A DNA stretch of 64,000 nucleotides from the NCBI GenBank assembly GCA_031426555.1, contig JANPLN010000030.1, forward strand, positions 13,125-77,124, read 5' to 3'. Positions 55,889 to 64,000 of the stretch are shown piece after piece. Origin of the DNA: Bdellovibrionales bacterium. Lineage in GTDB: Bacteria; Bdellovibrionota; Bdellovibrionia; Bdellovibrionales; JAGQZY01. The notes beneath the pieces are model-generated. The model was not told the DNA's origin, searched no databases, and saw only the letters and a list, made by a program, of their open reading frames with translations. Numbering within the stretch: position 1 is the first letter of the stretch; every line of letters begins with the position of its first letter. The position numbers were made by a program, and so were the translations under genes.

Positions 55889-57210
55889 AATCTCTGTTCA
55901 AAGGATTTTCGAAACTCAAGCGCTCAGAGCGCTTTCAAAAGCTTGTAGAAATTGGCGCTTTGGATTCGTCGGATGTTTCGTTTCTTAAAAATGGCGGAAT
56001 CAAAGACTTCGACATGGCCGATAACTTTATCGAAAACTCCATCGGCTATTTTCAGCTTCCGCTGGGCGTGGCTACCAATTTTCGCATTGATGGCGTTGAG
56101 TATGTGATTCCCATGGCGGTGGAAGAAACCTCCATCATTGCAGCTGCTAGTAAGACCGCGCGCTGGATTAGCGAACGTGGCGTGATCACCACCGAAGTGA
56201 TTGGCGAAAATATTATCGGGCAGGTACAAATTGCCCGCGTGAAAGATTTTTTAAAACTTCAGACGGTTCTCGAAGCAAAAAAACAACATTGGATCGATGA
56301 ACTGAACCAAGTTGTAGCGCAGGGAATGTACGCGCGCGGCGGTGGCGTCCGCGATATCGTCGCTCGACAAATCACCAGACCCGATGGCGATGTGATGGCC
56401 ATTTTACATATTCATTTAAATCCGTGCGACGCCATGGGCGCCAATATTATCAATCAGGTTTGTGAGTACATCACCGGCCCCATCGAAGAAGCCACTGGCG
56501 AAGCCGTCACCATGCGCATTCTCTCAAACTTAGTGGATACAAAACTTACGAAAGCGCGTGTTGAGATGCGCGGGATCGACAGCAAAATTGGCGAGGCCAT
56601 TCAAGAGGCGTCGCTGTTTGGCGAAATTGACTCCTATCGTGCGGCCACCAACAACAAGGGTGTTCTCAATGGCATTGATCCCATTCTTATCGCCACAGGC
56701 AACGACTGGCGCGCGGTTGAGGCGGGCATACATGCGTTTGCGGCGCGTGATGGTCAGTACCGCTCGATCACCAAGTGGCGCTTTGAAAATAACATTCTCA
56801 CGGGCGAGTTTTTAGCGCCGCTCATCGTCGGCACGGTGGGTGGTGTGACGACCCTTCACCCAACAGCAAAGATGGCCATGAAAATGATGAAGATCGAAAG
56901 CGCCAATCAGCTTTCGCGCGTTTGCGCCAGTGTAGGCTTGGTACAAAATTTGGGAGCTCTCCGGGCTCTGACTTCCGAGGGCATTATCGAAGGTCATATG
57001 AAGCTGCATATCAAAAACCTGGCCATGGGCGCAGGTGCCAGCGAGCAGGAATCGCCGACGCTGCATAATCTCCTTGAACAGGTTCTTAAGGCTAAAAAAA
57101 GAATTTCACTTTCGGATGCGATTCAAATGCTAAAAAATATTCGTTCGGTGAAAGACTCGGTGAAAGATCCGATGAGAGAGACAGCTAAGCATGTCACAAC
57201 TCCGTCTTAG
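55873..57210 (+). CDS. mvaA: Hydroxymethylglutaryl-CoA reductase, class II
   Basis: ENSIGYFQLPLGVATNFRIDG..., PMAVEETSIIAAAS, DAMGANIINQ and TVGGVT are class II HMGR blocks. 445 aa. Confidence 0.9.
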   Translation: MENEIKSLFKGFSKLKRSERFQKLVEIGALDSSDVSFLKNGGIKDFDMADNFIENSIGYFQLPLGVATNFRIDGVEYVIPMAVEETSIIAAASKTARWISERGVITTEVIGENIIGQVQIARVKDFLKLQTVLEAKKQHWIDELNQVVAQGMYARGGGVRDIVARQITRPDGDVMAILHIHLNPCDAMGANIINQVCEYITGPIEEATGEAVTMRILSNLVDTKLTKARVEMRGIDSKIGEAIQEASLFGEIDSYRAATNNKGVLNGIDPILIATGNDWRAVEAGIHAFAARDGQYRSITKWRFENNILTGEFLAPLIVGTVGGVTTLHPTAKMAMKMMKIESANQLSRVCASVGLVQNLGALRALTSEGIIEGHMKLHIKNLAMGAGASEQESPTLHNLLEQVLKAKKRISLSDAIQMLKNIRSVKDSVKDPMRETAKHVTTPS

Positions 57211-58075
57211 CCTTCCCAGTAAAACCTTTCTACTTGGCGAATATTTAGCCCTTTCCACTGGTCCCTCTTTCGTGGTTGCCACAGAACCTCGATTTGAATT
57301 CAAATTTTGTGTGGGCGATTTTTTAAAAACAGTTCATCCACAAAGTCCAGCTGGTCTTTTTTATAAAAAATGTCAAAAAGATGTTGGCCCGATGCAAATC
57401 GAAATGACCAAGCCCACAAAAAGTATTGGCGGTTTTGGAGAATCAACGGCGCAGTATTTGGCTTTGTGGCATTATGCAAAAGCCGTTAAAAAAAAACAGC
57501 CAATGGATGTGAATGCCCAGTTTGTCGAAGAGTGCTGGCAGGATTATCGCGATTTATTTCCCCAGGCACCGCCCAGCGGTGCAGATCTTATCAATCAACT
57601 TTGCGGCGGCCTGACGGTTTGGGATCCCATTAAAAAAGATGTGCAAAAGTATGAGTGGCCCTTTCCCGATCTGAAACTTTATTTGCTAAAAACATCCCAT
57701 AAAATCAAGACCCACGAGCACCTGGCATCCATGGACCCCGAGTCCATTCCGACGGCGGCGTTGAGCGAAATTATGCAAAATGCTTTAGTGGCCTTAAAGG
57801 AAAAAAATTCCGTTGGTTTTCTGCGCCAATCCATCATGTACACAGAAGAGCTTTATCGCGCGGGTCTGCAATCTCCAGACACGATGGTGCTGATTGGTAA
57901 GATCGCCACGCGGGCCAATGTTCTCTGCGCACGGGGCTGTGGAGCCCTGGGGGCCGATGTGATTGCCGTATATGGTTCACCCGGTGCCGAAATTGATTTT
58001 TCGGATCTTTCACTCACACCTGTTGCCACCCTGCCAGAGAGTATAAGTTCGGGACCCGTTTGGCGGTGGTCGTGA
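57191..58075 (+). CDS. GHMP-family kinase, probable phosphomevalonate kinase
   Basis: SKTFLLGEYLALSTGPSFVVA resembles the PMK N-terminus GKLxLxGEYAVL. The GHMP motif is degenerate (GGFGESTAQYLAL). It lies between mvaA and mvaD. Confidence 0.65.
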   Translation: MSQLRLSLPSKTFLLGEYLALSTGPSFVVATEPRFEFKFCVGDFLKTVHPQSPAGLFYKKCQKDVGPMQIEMTKPTKSIGGFGESTAQYLALWHYAKAVKKKQPMDVNAQFVEECWQDYRDLFPQAPPSGADLINQLCGGLTVWDPIKKDVQKYEWPFPDLKLYLLKTSHKIKTHEHLASMDPESIPTAALSEIMQNALVALKEKNSVGFLRQSIMYTEELYRAGLQSPDTMVLIGKIATRANVLCARGCGALGADVIAVYGSPGAEIDFSDLSLTPVATLPESISSGPVWRWS

Positions 58076-59055
58076 TGTGGGAAGCATCGGCACCTGCAAA
58101 TATCGCCCTTATTAAATATATGGGGAAGCGCAGTTTCAGCTCTGCAAACACCACTCAAGCGAACGTCAACGTCGCGATAAATCCTTCGGTCTCTTGGACC
58201 TTGGATCACCTGCGAAGTTTTGTGCAGCTAGAGCTTGTTGACGCCAACGAAGGCCAGAGCGACCTGTGGCAGCCACATCCCCAATGGGCGTTAGAAATGA
58301 GTGAAGTGGGGCTACAGAAATATCTTGCCCATCTTCAACGCGTAAAAAAAATGTTTTCCGCCGAAAACTATTTTTTTAAAGTGCGATCGGGAAATAATTT
58401 TCCAGCAGATTGCGGAATCGCCAGCTCGGCTTCGAGTTTTGCAGCGTTGACTCTCGTGTCGTCGCAAGCTCTGGCGCACTTGACCAAAAAGCCTCTTCCA
58501 GCGATGGAGACCCTTGCAGATTTGAGTCGACAAGGCTCCGGCTCGTCGTGCCGCTCGTTTTTTTCGGGTTTTGTAGTTTGGGAAGAGCAGGGCGTGCGAA
58601 AACTGCCAACAACTACTACGCTTCACCACCAAGTCGTCATCGTGAGTGGCGATAAAAAACAAGTGTCTTCGTCACAGGCCCATCAACGAGTTCAGTCGAG
58701 TTTACTAATGAAGCAACGGGAAGAGCGTGTTCAGGTGCGTTTTACGTCGCTGTGTGAGCAACTACTCAGTGGCACCCCCGATTGGAAAAAGTTATATGAA
58801 CTCACGTGGTCGGAATTTTGGGACATGCATGCTCTCTTCGAAACCAGTGACCCCTCCTTTGGCTATATGACATCAAAATCGCTGGAGGTTCTGAATATCG
58901 TGCGCGAATATTGGCTGCAAAAACAGGACGGCCCTCTCGTGACCATGGACGCAGGCCCCAATGTGCATTTGTTATGGCGACACGATCAAAGGACCATGGC
59001 CCAGGAGTTTGCAAAAGCAAACCCGCAATGGAAGTGGATTGAGGACGCCCGATGA
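58060..59055 (+). CDS. mvaD: Diphosphomevalonate decarboxylase
   Basis: ASAPANIALIKYMGKR, GIASSASSFAALT and GSGSSCRS are MVD signatures. Confidence 0.88.
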   Translation: MAVVVMWEASAPANIALIKYMGKRSFSSANTTQANVNVAINPSVSWTLDHLRSFVQLELVDANEGQSDLWQPHPQWALEMSEVGLQKYLAHLQRVKKMFSAENYFFKVRSGNNFPADCGIASSASSFAALTLVSSQALAHLTKKPLPAMETLADLSRQGSGSSCRSFFSGFVVWEEQGVRKLPTTTTLHHQVVIVSGDKKQVSSSQAHQRVQSSLLMKQREERVQVRFTSLCEQLLSGTPDWKKLYELTWSEFWDMHALFETSDPSFGYMTSKSLEVLNIVREYWLQKQDGPLVTMDAGPNVHLLWRHDQRTMAQEFAKANPQWKWIEDAR

Positions 59056-59945
59056 GGTCGCCAATTGAGGAAACCATGAGTTTTAAGCATCGAGTTTTTG
59101 GCAAATGGATTTTAGCCGGCGAGCACGCTGTGCTTCGCGGTCACACGGCCATGGTGTTTCCAGTGACGTCTTGTTACTTCGAAATTGAATACAAACCATC
59201 TTCCAATAAAATCAATCTCACTTGTGATTCAGATCAGGGTGAGCAAATGAAAATGGTTTTTATGGGTTTGCTGAACAAAGCACTTTCGGATCTCGGCAAA
59301 GAAACCACGGAGCTCACTGGCGAGCTGAGTATTTTCAATCGCATCCCCTTGGTCGGTGGGATGGGCGCGAGTGCCGCTATCTGCGTATCCGTCGTAAAAT
59401 TTTTAAATTATTTAGGATTTGTGGAAGAGGATAAAGTTTTTTCATTCGCCAAGTCCTTGGAAGATTTGTTTCACGGTGAGAGCAGCGGCGTGGATGTGGC
59501 CATTGCACTTCAAGCTCGTCCTTTGCTTTATAAGATTGGCGAATTTATTCCCTTTGATCCCCAGTGGAAACCCTATTTGTATTTATCCCATTGTGGAAAA
59601 CGTGGAGTCACAGCCGATTGCATTCGGCGGGTTAAAAAATTATGGCAAACCAATGAAAGTTTGGGCCAGATGATTGATCTCGATATGCAACGCAGCTTTG
59701 AACTGGCGCAAAAAGCCCTGAGCAGACCCGATTCGATGCATGAACTCCAGCAATCCATTTTGCTCGCGCGATCCTGTTTTGAGCGCTGGGGCTTGGTGAG
59801 TGTGGAGTTGAGCGAGCACATGAACGAGCTTCACAAGCTGGGCGCCATTGCCACCAAGCCCACCGGCAGCGGCGATGGCGGTTTTGTTTTAAGCCTCTGG
59901 GACCAGAAGCCCACTACCACATCGATCGACCTCCTCGAGTGCTAG
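59052..59945 (+). CDS. mvk: Mevalonate kinase
   Basis: GKWILAGEHAVLRG (MK N-terminal motif), GHMP motif PLVGGMGASAAICVS, and C-terminal KPTGSGDGG. Confidence 0.8.
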   Translation: MRSPIEETMSFKHRVFGKWILAGEHAVLRGHTAMVFPVTSCYFEIEYKPSSNKINLTCDSDQGEQMKMVFMGLLNKALSDLGKETTELTGELSIFNRIPLVGGMGASAAICVSVVKFLNYLGFVEEDKVFSFAKSLEDLFHGESSGVDVAIALQARPLLYKIGEFIPFDPQWKPYLYLSHCGKRGVTADCIRRVKKLWQTNESLGQMIDLDMQRSFELAQKALSRPDSMHELQQSILLARSCFERWGLVSVELSEHMNELHKLGAIATKPTGSGDGGFVLSLWDQKPTTTSIDLLEC

Positions 59946-59951
59946 GTACGG

Positions 59952-60168
59952 ACACACTTTTTGGGACTCATTGCATAAAATTTCTTGCACGAGAATTCCT
60001 TAAACCTTTTATTTATTTCGCAGCACTCGCGGACACGGGCTCGTCTTCGTAGGTCGTCATTGCATGACGCCCCACGGATACGCCCCGTTCGCACGTGAGC
60101 TCGTAAATAAAAAGTTTAAGGAATTCTCGTGCAAGAAATTTTATGCAATGAGTCCCAAAAAGTGTGTG
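59952..60168. repeat. Giant hairpin E: 65-bp stem, 86-nt loop, inserted in a family-2 hairpin
   Basis: 59952-60016 pairs with 60103-60167 (position sum 120119), with one mismatch (60006/60113) and a terminal G-T. Flanked by GGTACGG (59945-59951) and GGCACGG (60169-60175). The loop carries the core motif on the minus strand. Confidence 0.95.
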
Positions 60169-60233
60169 GGCACGGAGCGAGCTCTCCTCGCGAACGAGCG
60201 CCGAAAGCGCTTTTGTCCATTGCCTTACCTAGC
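60169..60233. terminator. Family-2 terminator-like hairpin, copy Y
   Basis: GGCACGGAGCGAGCT...AGCGCCGAAAGCGCTTTTGTCCATTGCCTTACCTAG aligns with the reverse complement of 11035-11084. The inner AGCGC-CGAAA-GCGCT is followed by TTTT. It lies between the convergent mvk and coiled-coil genes. Confidence 0.6.
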
Positions 60234-60241
60234 TACGTAAC

Positions 60242-62989
60242 CTACTGGCAGATTTGGGTGAAAATGTTTGTCTGCGGTGCTAACGGCTCTTGGGGTGTGG
60301 GGATGTTGAGGGTGGTTCTTAGCTGTTCGTCAATTTGGGCGACTTGGTTGTTTAAATTTAAGATTTGCGGACAGGTGTCGGCGACGACGGATTTGAGTTC
60401 TATGCTTTTTAAAGAAAGCAGAGAGACTTTTGCCATCAAAAGGGATTCTTCGGCGAGAAGGTCTTCCTTTTGTTTTTGTAGGACCAAGAGGGCGGCCTCA
60501 CTTTGAACTAACAAAGTATTATAGTTTTTTATCGTGGCTTCAATGTCCGTTATTTTCTGCAGGGCCGCTGTCTTGTTTACGAGCAATTCATTAATATTGT
60601 TTTGGTTAGCGTACTCAGTTGCGGCGAGTTGTGAGGCAGTCAGTTCGCCAGCAAGCCTACTGCTTTCGCTGTTCTGAACGTCTATTGTTTGCAAAAGTTG
60701 AGACTGAATTTGCAAAACGGCATCTTCAAACTGGGCCTTTCCGATAAAAATCTGCTGGAACGAATTTTCGCATTGAGCGGGATTTATGGAAGGAACGAGA
60801 CACTGTGTAAACATCGTCTCGAGGAAGGTCGAGGCTTCGGTGCTCTCTTGCAATTTGGAAACCTGCAGGCGAAAATTTTGTACTAATGCATTGAATTCGC
60901 TTTCTTTGGAGCGAAAACCAGCCTGTGATTCTTCAATTTTGGCAGACACTTCTTGGATGTGGACTTGCAGGTTGGTCGTCTGGATATCTAAGTTGTTCAA
61001 CTGCTGCTTTTCACATGCAAACACGTTCGTATAAAAGTCTGAATTGTAAATCGTATTTTCACCGATATTGTTAAGCTCTGGATTGTTGCAATTCGAAAAT
61101 TCGTCGCTGGTTCGTTGTTGGGAAGACCAACGCCAAACAATGAGACGGAGCAGGGTCCAATTTTGTAACATGACTTCGAGTTCAGAGTCCGAAGCACCCA
61201 GTTCTTGGGAAAGCCGTTCAGAGACAATTTCGACCTTACTTTTTTCTTCGTCCCAGGGTTGGGGCACACCACTCAAAAGAGTGTCGATGGTTGTAGGAGG
61301 CAAAGAGTTTAATAGTTGAGTTCGCAAAGAGGTGTTTAAAAGTTCGTTGGGATTGAGACAGGGACTTTTCTCAAGCTGAGGGTCAAGAATGATATTTGGA
61401 TCGCAAACTAAGTGCATAAAAATCAGAGCTCTTGATTCGATATTTCGTTTTATAAACGAATTCAATTCCTGACTCAGCTGTTGGAATTTATTTTGGTGAT
61501 AGGCGAACTCATTGTCAAAAGTTCTCTCTCCTTTGATAGAGATGGTATCTTCGATTCTCGTGTTTAAAATGATAAACGAAATATCGTCGAGATCTGCATA
61601 ATAGGGGATTTGATTAAACTGGCGTTTTGCTCGTTCGATTCCTTGAAGTTCTGTCTCAGCTTTTGTCTTCTCGGAAACAAACTCAAGATAGTGAGTAAAC
61701 GCTGTGTCTTGCTGGCGAGCGGCGTCTACTAACGTCTTTGAGCCATCGTGAAAAAGTTTTAAGGATTCAATCTGTCGGTTGATCCGATTGTACTCCTGGG
61801 TGCGCGACCCTATTTCGGCATTTTTTTGCTCGATGGTTTCCAAGTTCCAAGGAGGAGAGCTTTGAGGGATACTTTCTTTTGGCGGTACCAGCAAAGTTTT
61901 TTCCTCGAGCATTTCTGTTAAATGTTCGATCATTGCCATGACCTCGTTCGACTTGGCTCGAAGCTCCTGTTCTCGCTGACTGAACTCATTAATTTTAGGT
62001 AAAAATGGCGCGAGTGATTGATTGATGACTGCAATTTCGACGGTTGCCGTGGCACTATTTTGCGATTCCTGCGAAATATTACTTTTTGTCGAGGACAGTG
62101 TCGCCTGAAGATCTTTGATTTGTTGATTTATTTGCGGGATGAGACCACTTTGTTGTTCTAGACCGCCTGATATTGCTTGGAGTCGGCTCTGAATTTCCTG
62201 TTGTTGAGTAGAAAAGTCTTTGAATGAATTCACAGCATTTGAAAGAGACTCCGATTGGAATGCGGCAAATTGCGCAATGAGAGTTTCTTTTTGTTGAAGA
62301 AGCGGCAGTGCAGAATTATAGCTGTCTAATGTGATAGGCAACGACTTATCAACTCCTTGGATTTCACTCAGCTGTTGAGCGTAATCGAGAAGACCAAACC
62401 CTGTGGATACGGCGTCTTCCGGTAAATATTCAAAAGACTTTTCGGCCATGCATGCGATCGCCAATTTTTTGTAAGCATTCGTAGTTCCACTGAGACTTAA
62501 ATTGGCTGACCACAAATTACCAGTTTCGCTTTCGACTACAACGTTTGCTCGTATTTGCGATAGGAAAAGAGCCACCATTGCCTGGATTTCTCGTACGTCC
62601 AAATCCTTAGTTTCAAACGTCATGGTATTATTGACTGTGGTGGTTGTGCCTGTTAGCTCGATGAGCTTGCTTTCCAAAGTCTGCAGGGTGTCAGTAAGAG
62701 AGGGATTAAAAATGGCGTTATCGCCAATGCCATCGATGTCTTTCCACTGAAGGTATACTTTTTTAGGCTTATGAGAAAAGAACTCAATTTTAAAGGACGG
62801 AGTTATGTTCTGTTTGAAGTTGAATGAAACGCGTACTTCGGACTCAAATTCATTCTCGTCGATTTTAAAGAATAAATTATCAGATTGCTCGACGGAACAA
62901 GCAGCCTCTACAAAATCAAAACCTAGGGCTTGTTGAAAGCCTCCGAAAAGTGTTCCTATAAAAATTGAAAAAAGAATATAATATTTCAT
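60242..62989 (-). CDS. Large secreted coiled-coil protein (915 aa)
   Basis: Start at ATG 62989 (GAGGA upstream) gives signal peptide MKYYILFSIFIGTLFGGFQQALG. Most of the protein is Q/E/L/S/N-rich heptad-like sequence. The ORF extension to 63130 overlaps the PBP gene. Confidence 0.6.
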   Translation of the reverse strand: MKYYILFSIFIGTLFGGFQQALGFDFVEAACSVEQSDNLFFKIDENEFESEVRVSFNFKQNITPSFKIEFFSHKPKKVYLQWKDIDGIGDNAIFNPSLTDTLQTLESKLIELTGTTTTVNNTMTFETKDLDVREIQAMVALFLSQIRANVVVESETGNLWSANLSLSGTTNAYKKLAIACMAEKSFEYLPEDAVSTGFGLLDYAQQLSEIQGVDKSLPITLDSYNSALPLLQQKETLIAQFAAFQSESLSNAVNSFKDFSTQQQEIQSRLQAISGGLEQQSGLIPQINQQIKDLQATLSSTKSNISQESQNSATATVEIAVINQSLAPFLPKINEFSQREQELRAKSNEVMAMIEHLTEMLEEKTLLVPPKESIPQSSPPWNLETIEQKNAEIGSRTQEYNRINRQIESLKLFHDGSKTLVDAARQQDTAFTHYLEFVSEKTKAETELQGIERAKRQFNQIPYYADLDDISFIILNTRIEDTISIKGERTFDNEFAYHQNKFQQLSQELNSFIKRNIESRALIFMHLVCDPNIILDPQLEKSPCLNPNELLNTSLRTQLLNSLPPTTIDTLLSGVPQPWDEEKSKVEIVSERLSQELGASDSELEVMLQNWTLLRLIVWRWSSQQRTSDEFSNCNNPELNNIGENTIYNSDFYTNVFACEKQQLNNLDIQTTNLQVHIQEVSAKIEESQAGFRSKESEFNALVQNFRLQVSKLQESTEASTFLETMFTQCLVPSINPAQCENSFQQIFIGKAQFEDAVLQIQSQLLQTIDVQNSESSRLAGELTASQLAATEYANQNNINELLVNKTAALQKITDIEATIKNYNTLLVQSEAALLVLQKQKEDLLAEESLLMAKVSLLSLKSIELKSVVADTCPQILNLNNQVAQIDEQLRTTLNIPTPQEPLAPQTNIFTQICQ

Positions 62990-62999
62990 AAATCCTCGA

Positions 63000-64000
63000 T
63001 TAAAAAATGGGTTCCACCGGTGGCAGAAGTGGAAGTCCTTCTTTGACAATGTCCATAAAAATTGGCAGAGCGAGAGCGCCTCCTGTGGAGCCTGTTGAGG
63101 CGGGACTGTCGTAGCCAACCCAAACTGCAATCACAAAATTCCGGCTAAAACCGATAAACCAATTATCGTGAGAATTCGAACTGGTTCCGGTTTTTCCACC
63201 AAAACAAATTTGACCCGAGATTCCCATGGCAGTGCCGTCACAAAAATTAAGACCAAGGGAATTTACTGGAAAGTCCCGCAAGCTTTGCGCGGTTCCGACG
63301 TTGGCAACCTGAACTAAAATTCGCTGTATATCAAAAACGACTTGTCTGTTATCGGAGTAAGGCACGTTTGTCGATTCGAAGAGATTTGGGGGGGTTATGT
63401 CTTCGCCACGACCGTTTCTAAAAGTTTTAAAATAAACAGGCTTCACAATTTTTTGACCATTGGAAAAGAAGCTAAAAGAGGACGCAAGTTTCTCCACAGT
63501 CAGCTCTTGCGCTCCCAAAACAATAGACGGTCGATATTGGACACTCGAACTACTATAAAGATCTATCTCCACGAGAAAATCGACGAACTCCCGCAAATTT
63601 TCGAAACGGTCGGTCCCGAATCCAGAGTTTGTCAGTAGTCCCACGGCCGGCTTGTTAATAGATTTTGTGAGTGCTTGCTCAATGGTGACTTGCGAAGATC
63701 CTGCACTACCGTCGAAGTTGTCTGGGACGTAGTTTGAGTTGTCGTCAATCCTAAAATTAACGCCGGAGTTTTGAATGAGACTGTCGGGACGAAATCCTTT
63801 CGTTAGTGCGAGATAATAGATCCACGGTTTTAAAGTGGAGCCCACAGGGCGCCTTGAAATATTTGATCGGTCAAAAAAGCGCGACGTTTGTGGGTTGTAT
63901 CCACCAAACTGGGCCAGCACTTCGCCGGTGTTACTGTTCATTACGATGGCGGCGGCCTGAAGCTTTGGGGATTGCAGGGTGAACGACTGCGAGTTTTCCG
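63000..64000 (-). CDS. Penicillin-binding protein, transpeptidase domain (3' part; gene continues beyond the window)
   Basis: SxxK (VGSTLKPW) and KTGT (GGKTGTSSNSHDNWFIGF). The frame stays open upstream of Met 63941 to the window edge (...LQAAAIVMNSNTGEVLA). Confidence 0.85.
   Translation of the reverse strand, partial: ENSQSFTLQSPKLQAAAIVMNSNTGEVLAQFGGYNPQTSRFFDRSNISRRPVGSTLKPWIYYLALTKGFRPDSLIQNSGVNFRIDDNSNYVPDNFDGSAGSSQVTIEQALTKSINKPAVGLLTNSGFGTDRFENLREFVDFLVEIDLYSSSSVQYRPSIVLGAQELTVEKLASSFSFFSNGQKIVKPVYFKTFRNGRGEDITPPNLFESTNVPYSDNRQVVFDIQRILVQVANVGTAQSLRDFPVNSLGLNFCDGTAMGISGQICFGGKTGTSSNSHDNWFIGFSRNFVIAVWVGYDSPASTGSTGGALALPIFMDIVKEGLPLLPPVEPIF

Noticed and set aside
13095-60168. The giant hairpins could be integron attC sites, CRISPR repeats or classical MITEs.
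   Set aside because: - For attC, there are no conserved R/L core sites (RYYYAAC/GTTRRRY) at the ends, no intI, and the neighbours are housekeeping genes in mixed orientation.
- For CRISPR, there is no regular repeat-spacer periodicity and no cas genes.
- Classical MITE families share their terminal inverted repeats, and these do not.

The elements are kept as an unexplained family instead.

Overview
The window is almost entirely core genome from a deltaproteobacterium-like or Bdellovibrio-like organism. That lineage guess is inferred from the gene mix: a bacterial mevalonate pathway, Alternative Complex III, a full T2SS and an Flp-type pilin. All protein calls rest on motifs I recognised by eye, because I could not run BLAST or HMM searches.

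Gene content, left to right:
- a TlpA-like oxidoreductase, an orphan Flp-like pilin, a PlsC-type acyltransferase and glpK
- a minus-strand envelope glycosylation operon (GT9 heptosyltransferase-like, methyltransferase, GT-C/TPR membrane protein)
- Slt70-like lytic transglycosylase and an AI-2E transporter
- ychF-pth-rplY-prs, then rdgB-rph-amidase-OMP, then ssb
- a complete 12-gene type II secretion cluster (gspN-M-L-K-J-I-H-G-F-E-D, with gspC divergent)
- a PduO-type adenosyltransferase and an FGase-family hydrolase
- system II cytochrome c biogenesis (resB/ccsA) and the six-gene Alternative Complex III operon (actABCDEF)
- thrS (frameshifted)-infC ... rpmI-rplT
- a mevalonate-pathway cluster (fni, mvaA, PMK, mvaD, mvk)
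- a 915-aa secreted coiled-coil protein and the 3' part of a class A PBP

I saw no rRNA, tRNA, CRISPR array, transposase, integrase, reverse transcriptase or recognisable defence system.

The main unexplained signal is non-coding. Five giant intergenic hairpins have 47-65 bp near-perfect AT-rich stems, and the arms of different copies are unrelated. Their GC-rich centres are nevertheless alignable around the motif AAGACGCGCCC...GGACTC. Armless and tandem copies of that core also occur. One hairpin is flanked by a perfect 7-bp direct repeat. Another interrupts a member of a second, smaller terminator-like hairpin family and has a 6/7 direct repeat. I cannot place this conserved-centre, variable-arm, insertion-like architecture in any class I know (REP/BIME, MITE, attC, CRISPR).

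Other points worth a look:
- a +1 frameshift in an A6 run of the essential thrS gene
- an infC/rpmI operon split by two small secreted-protein genes
- a Cys-rich repeat protein between ccsA and actA
- a FabD-like fragment paired with a tandem-GNAT-like protein
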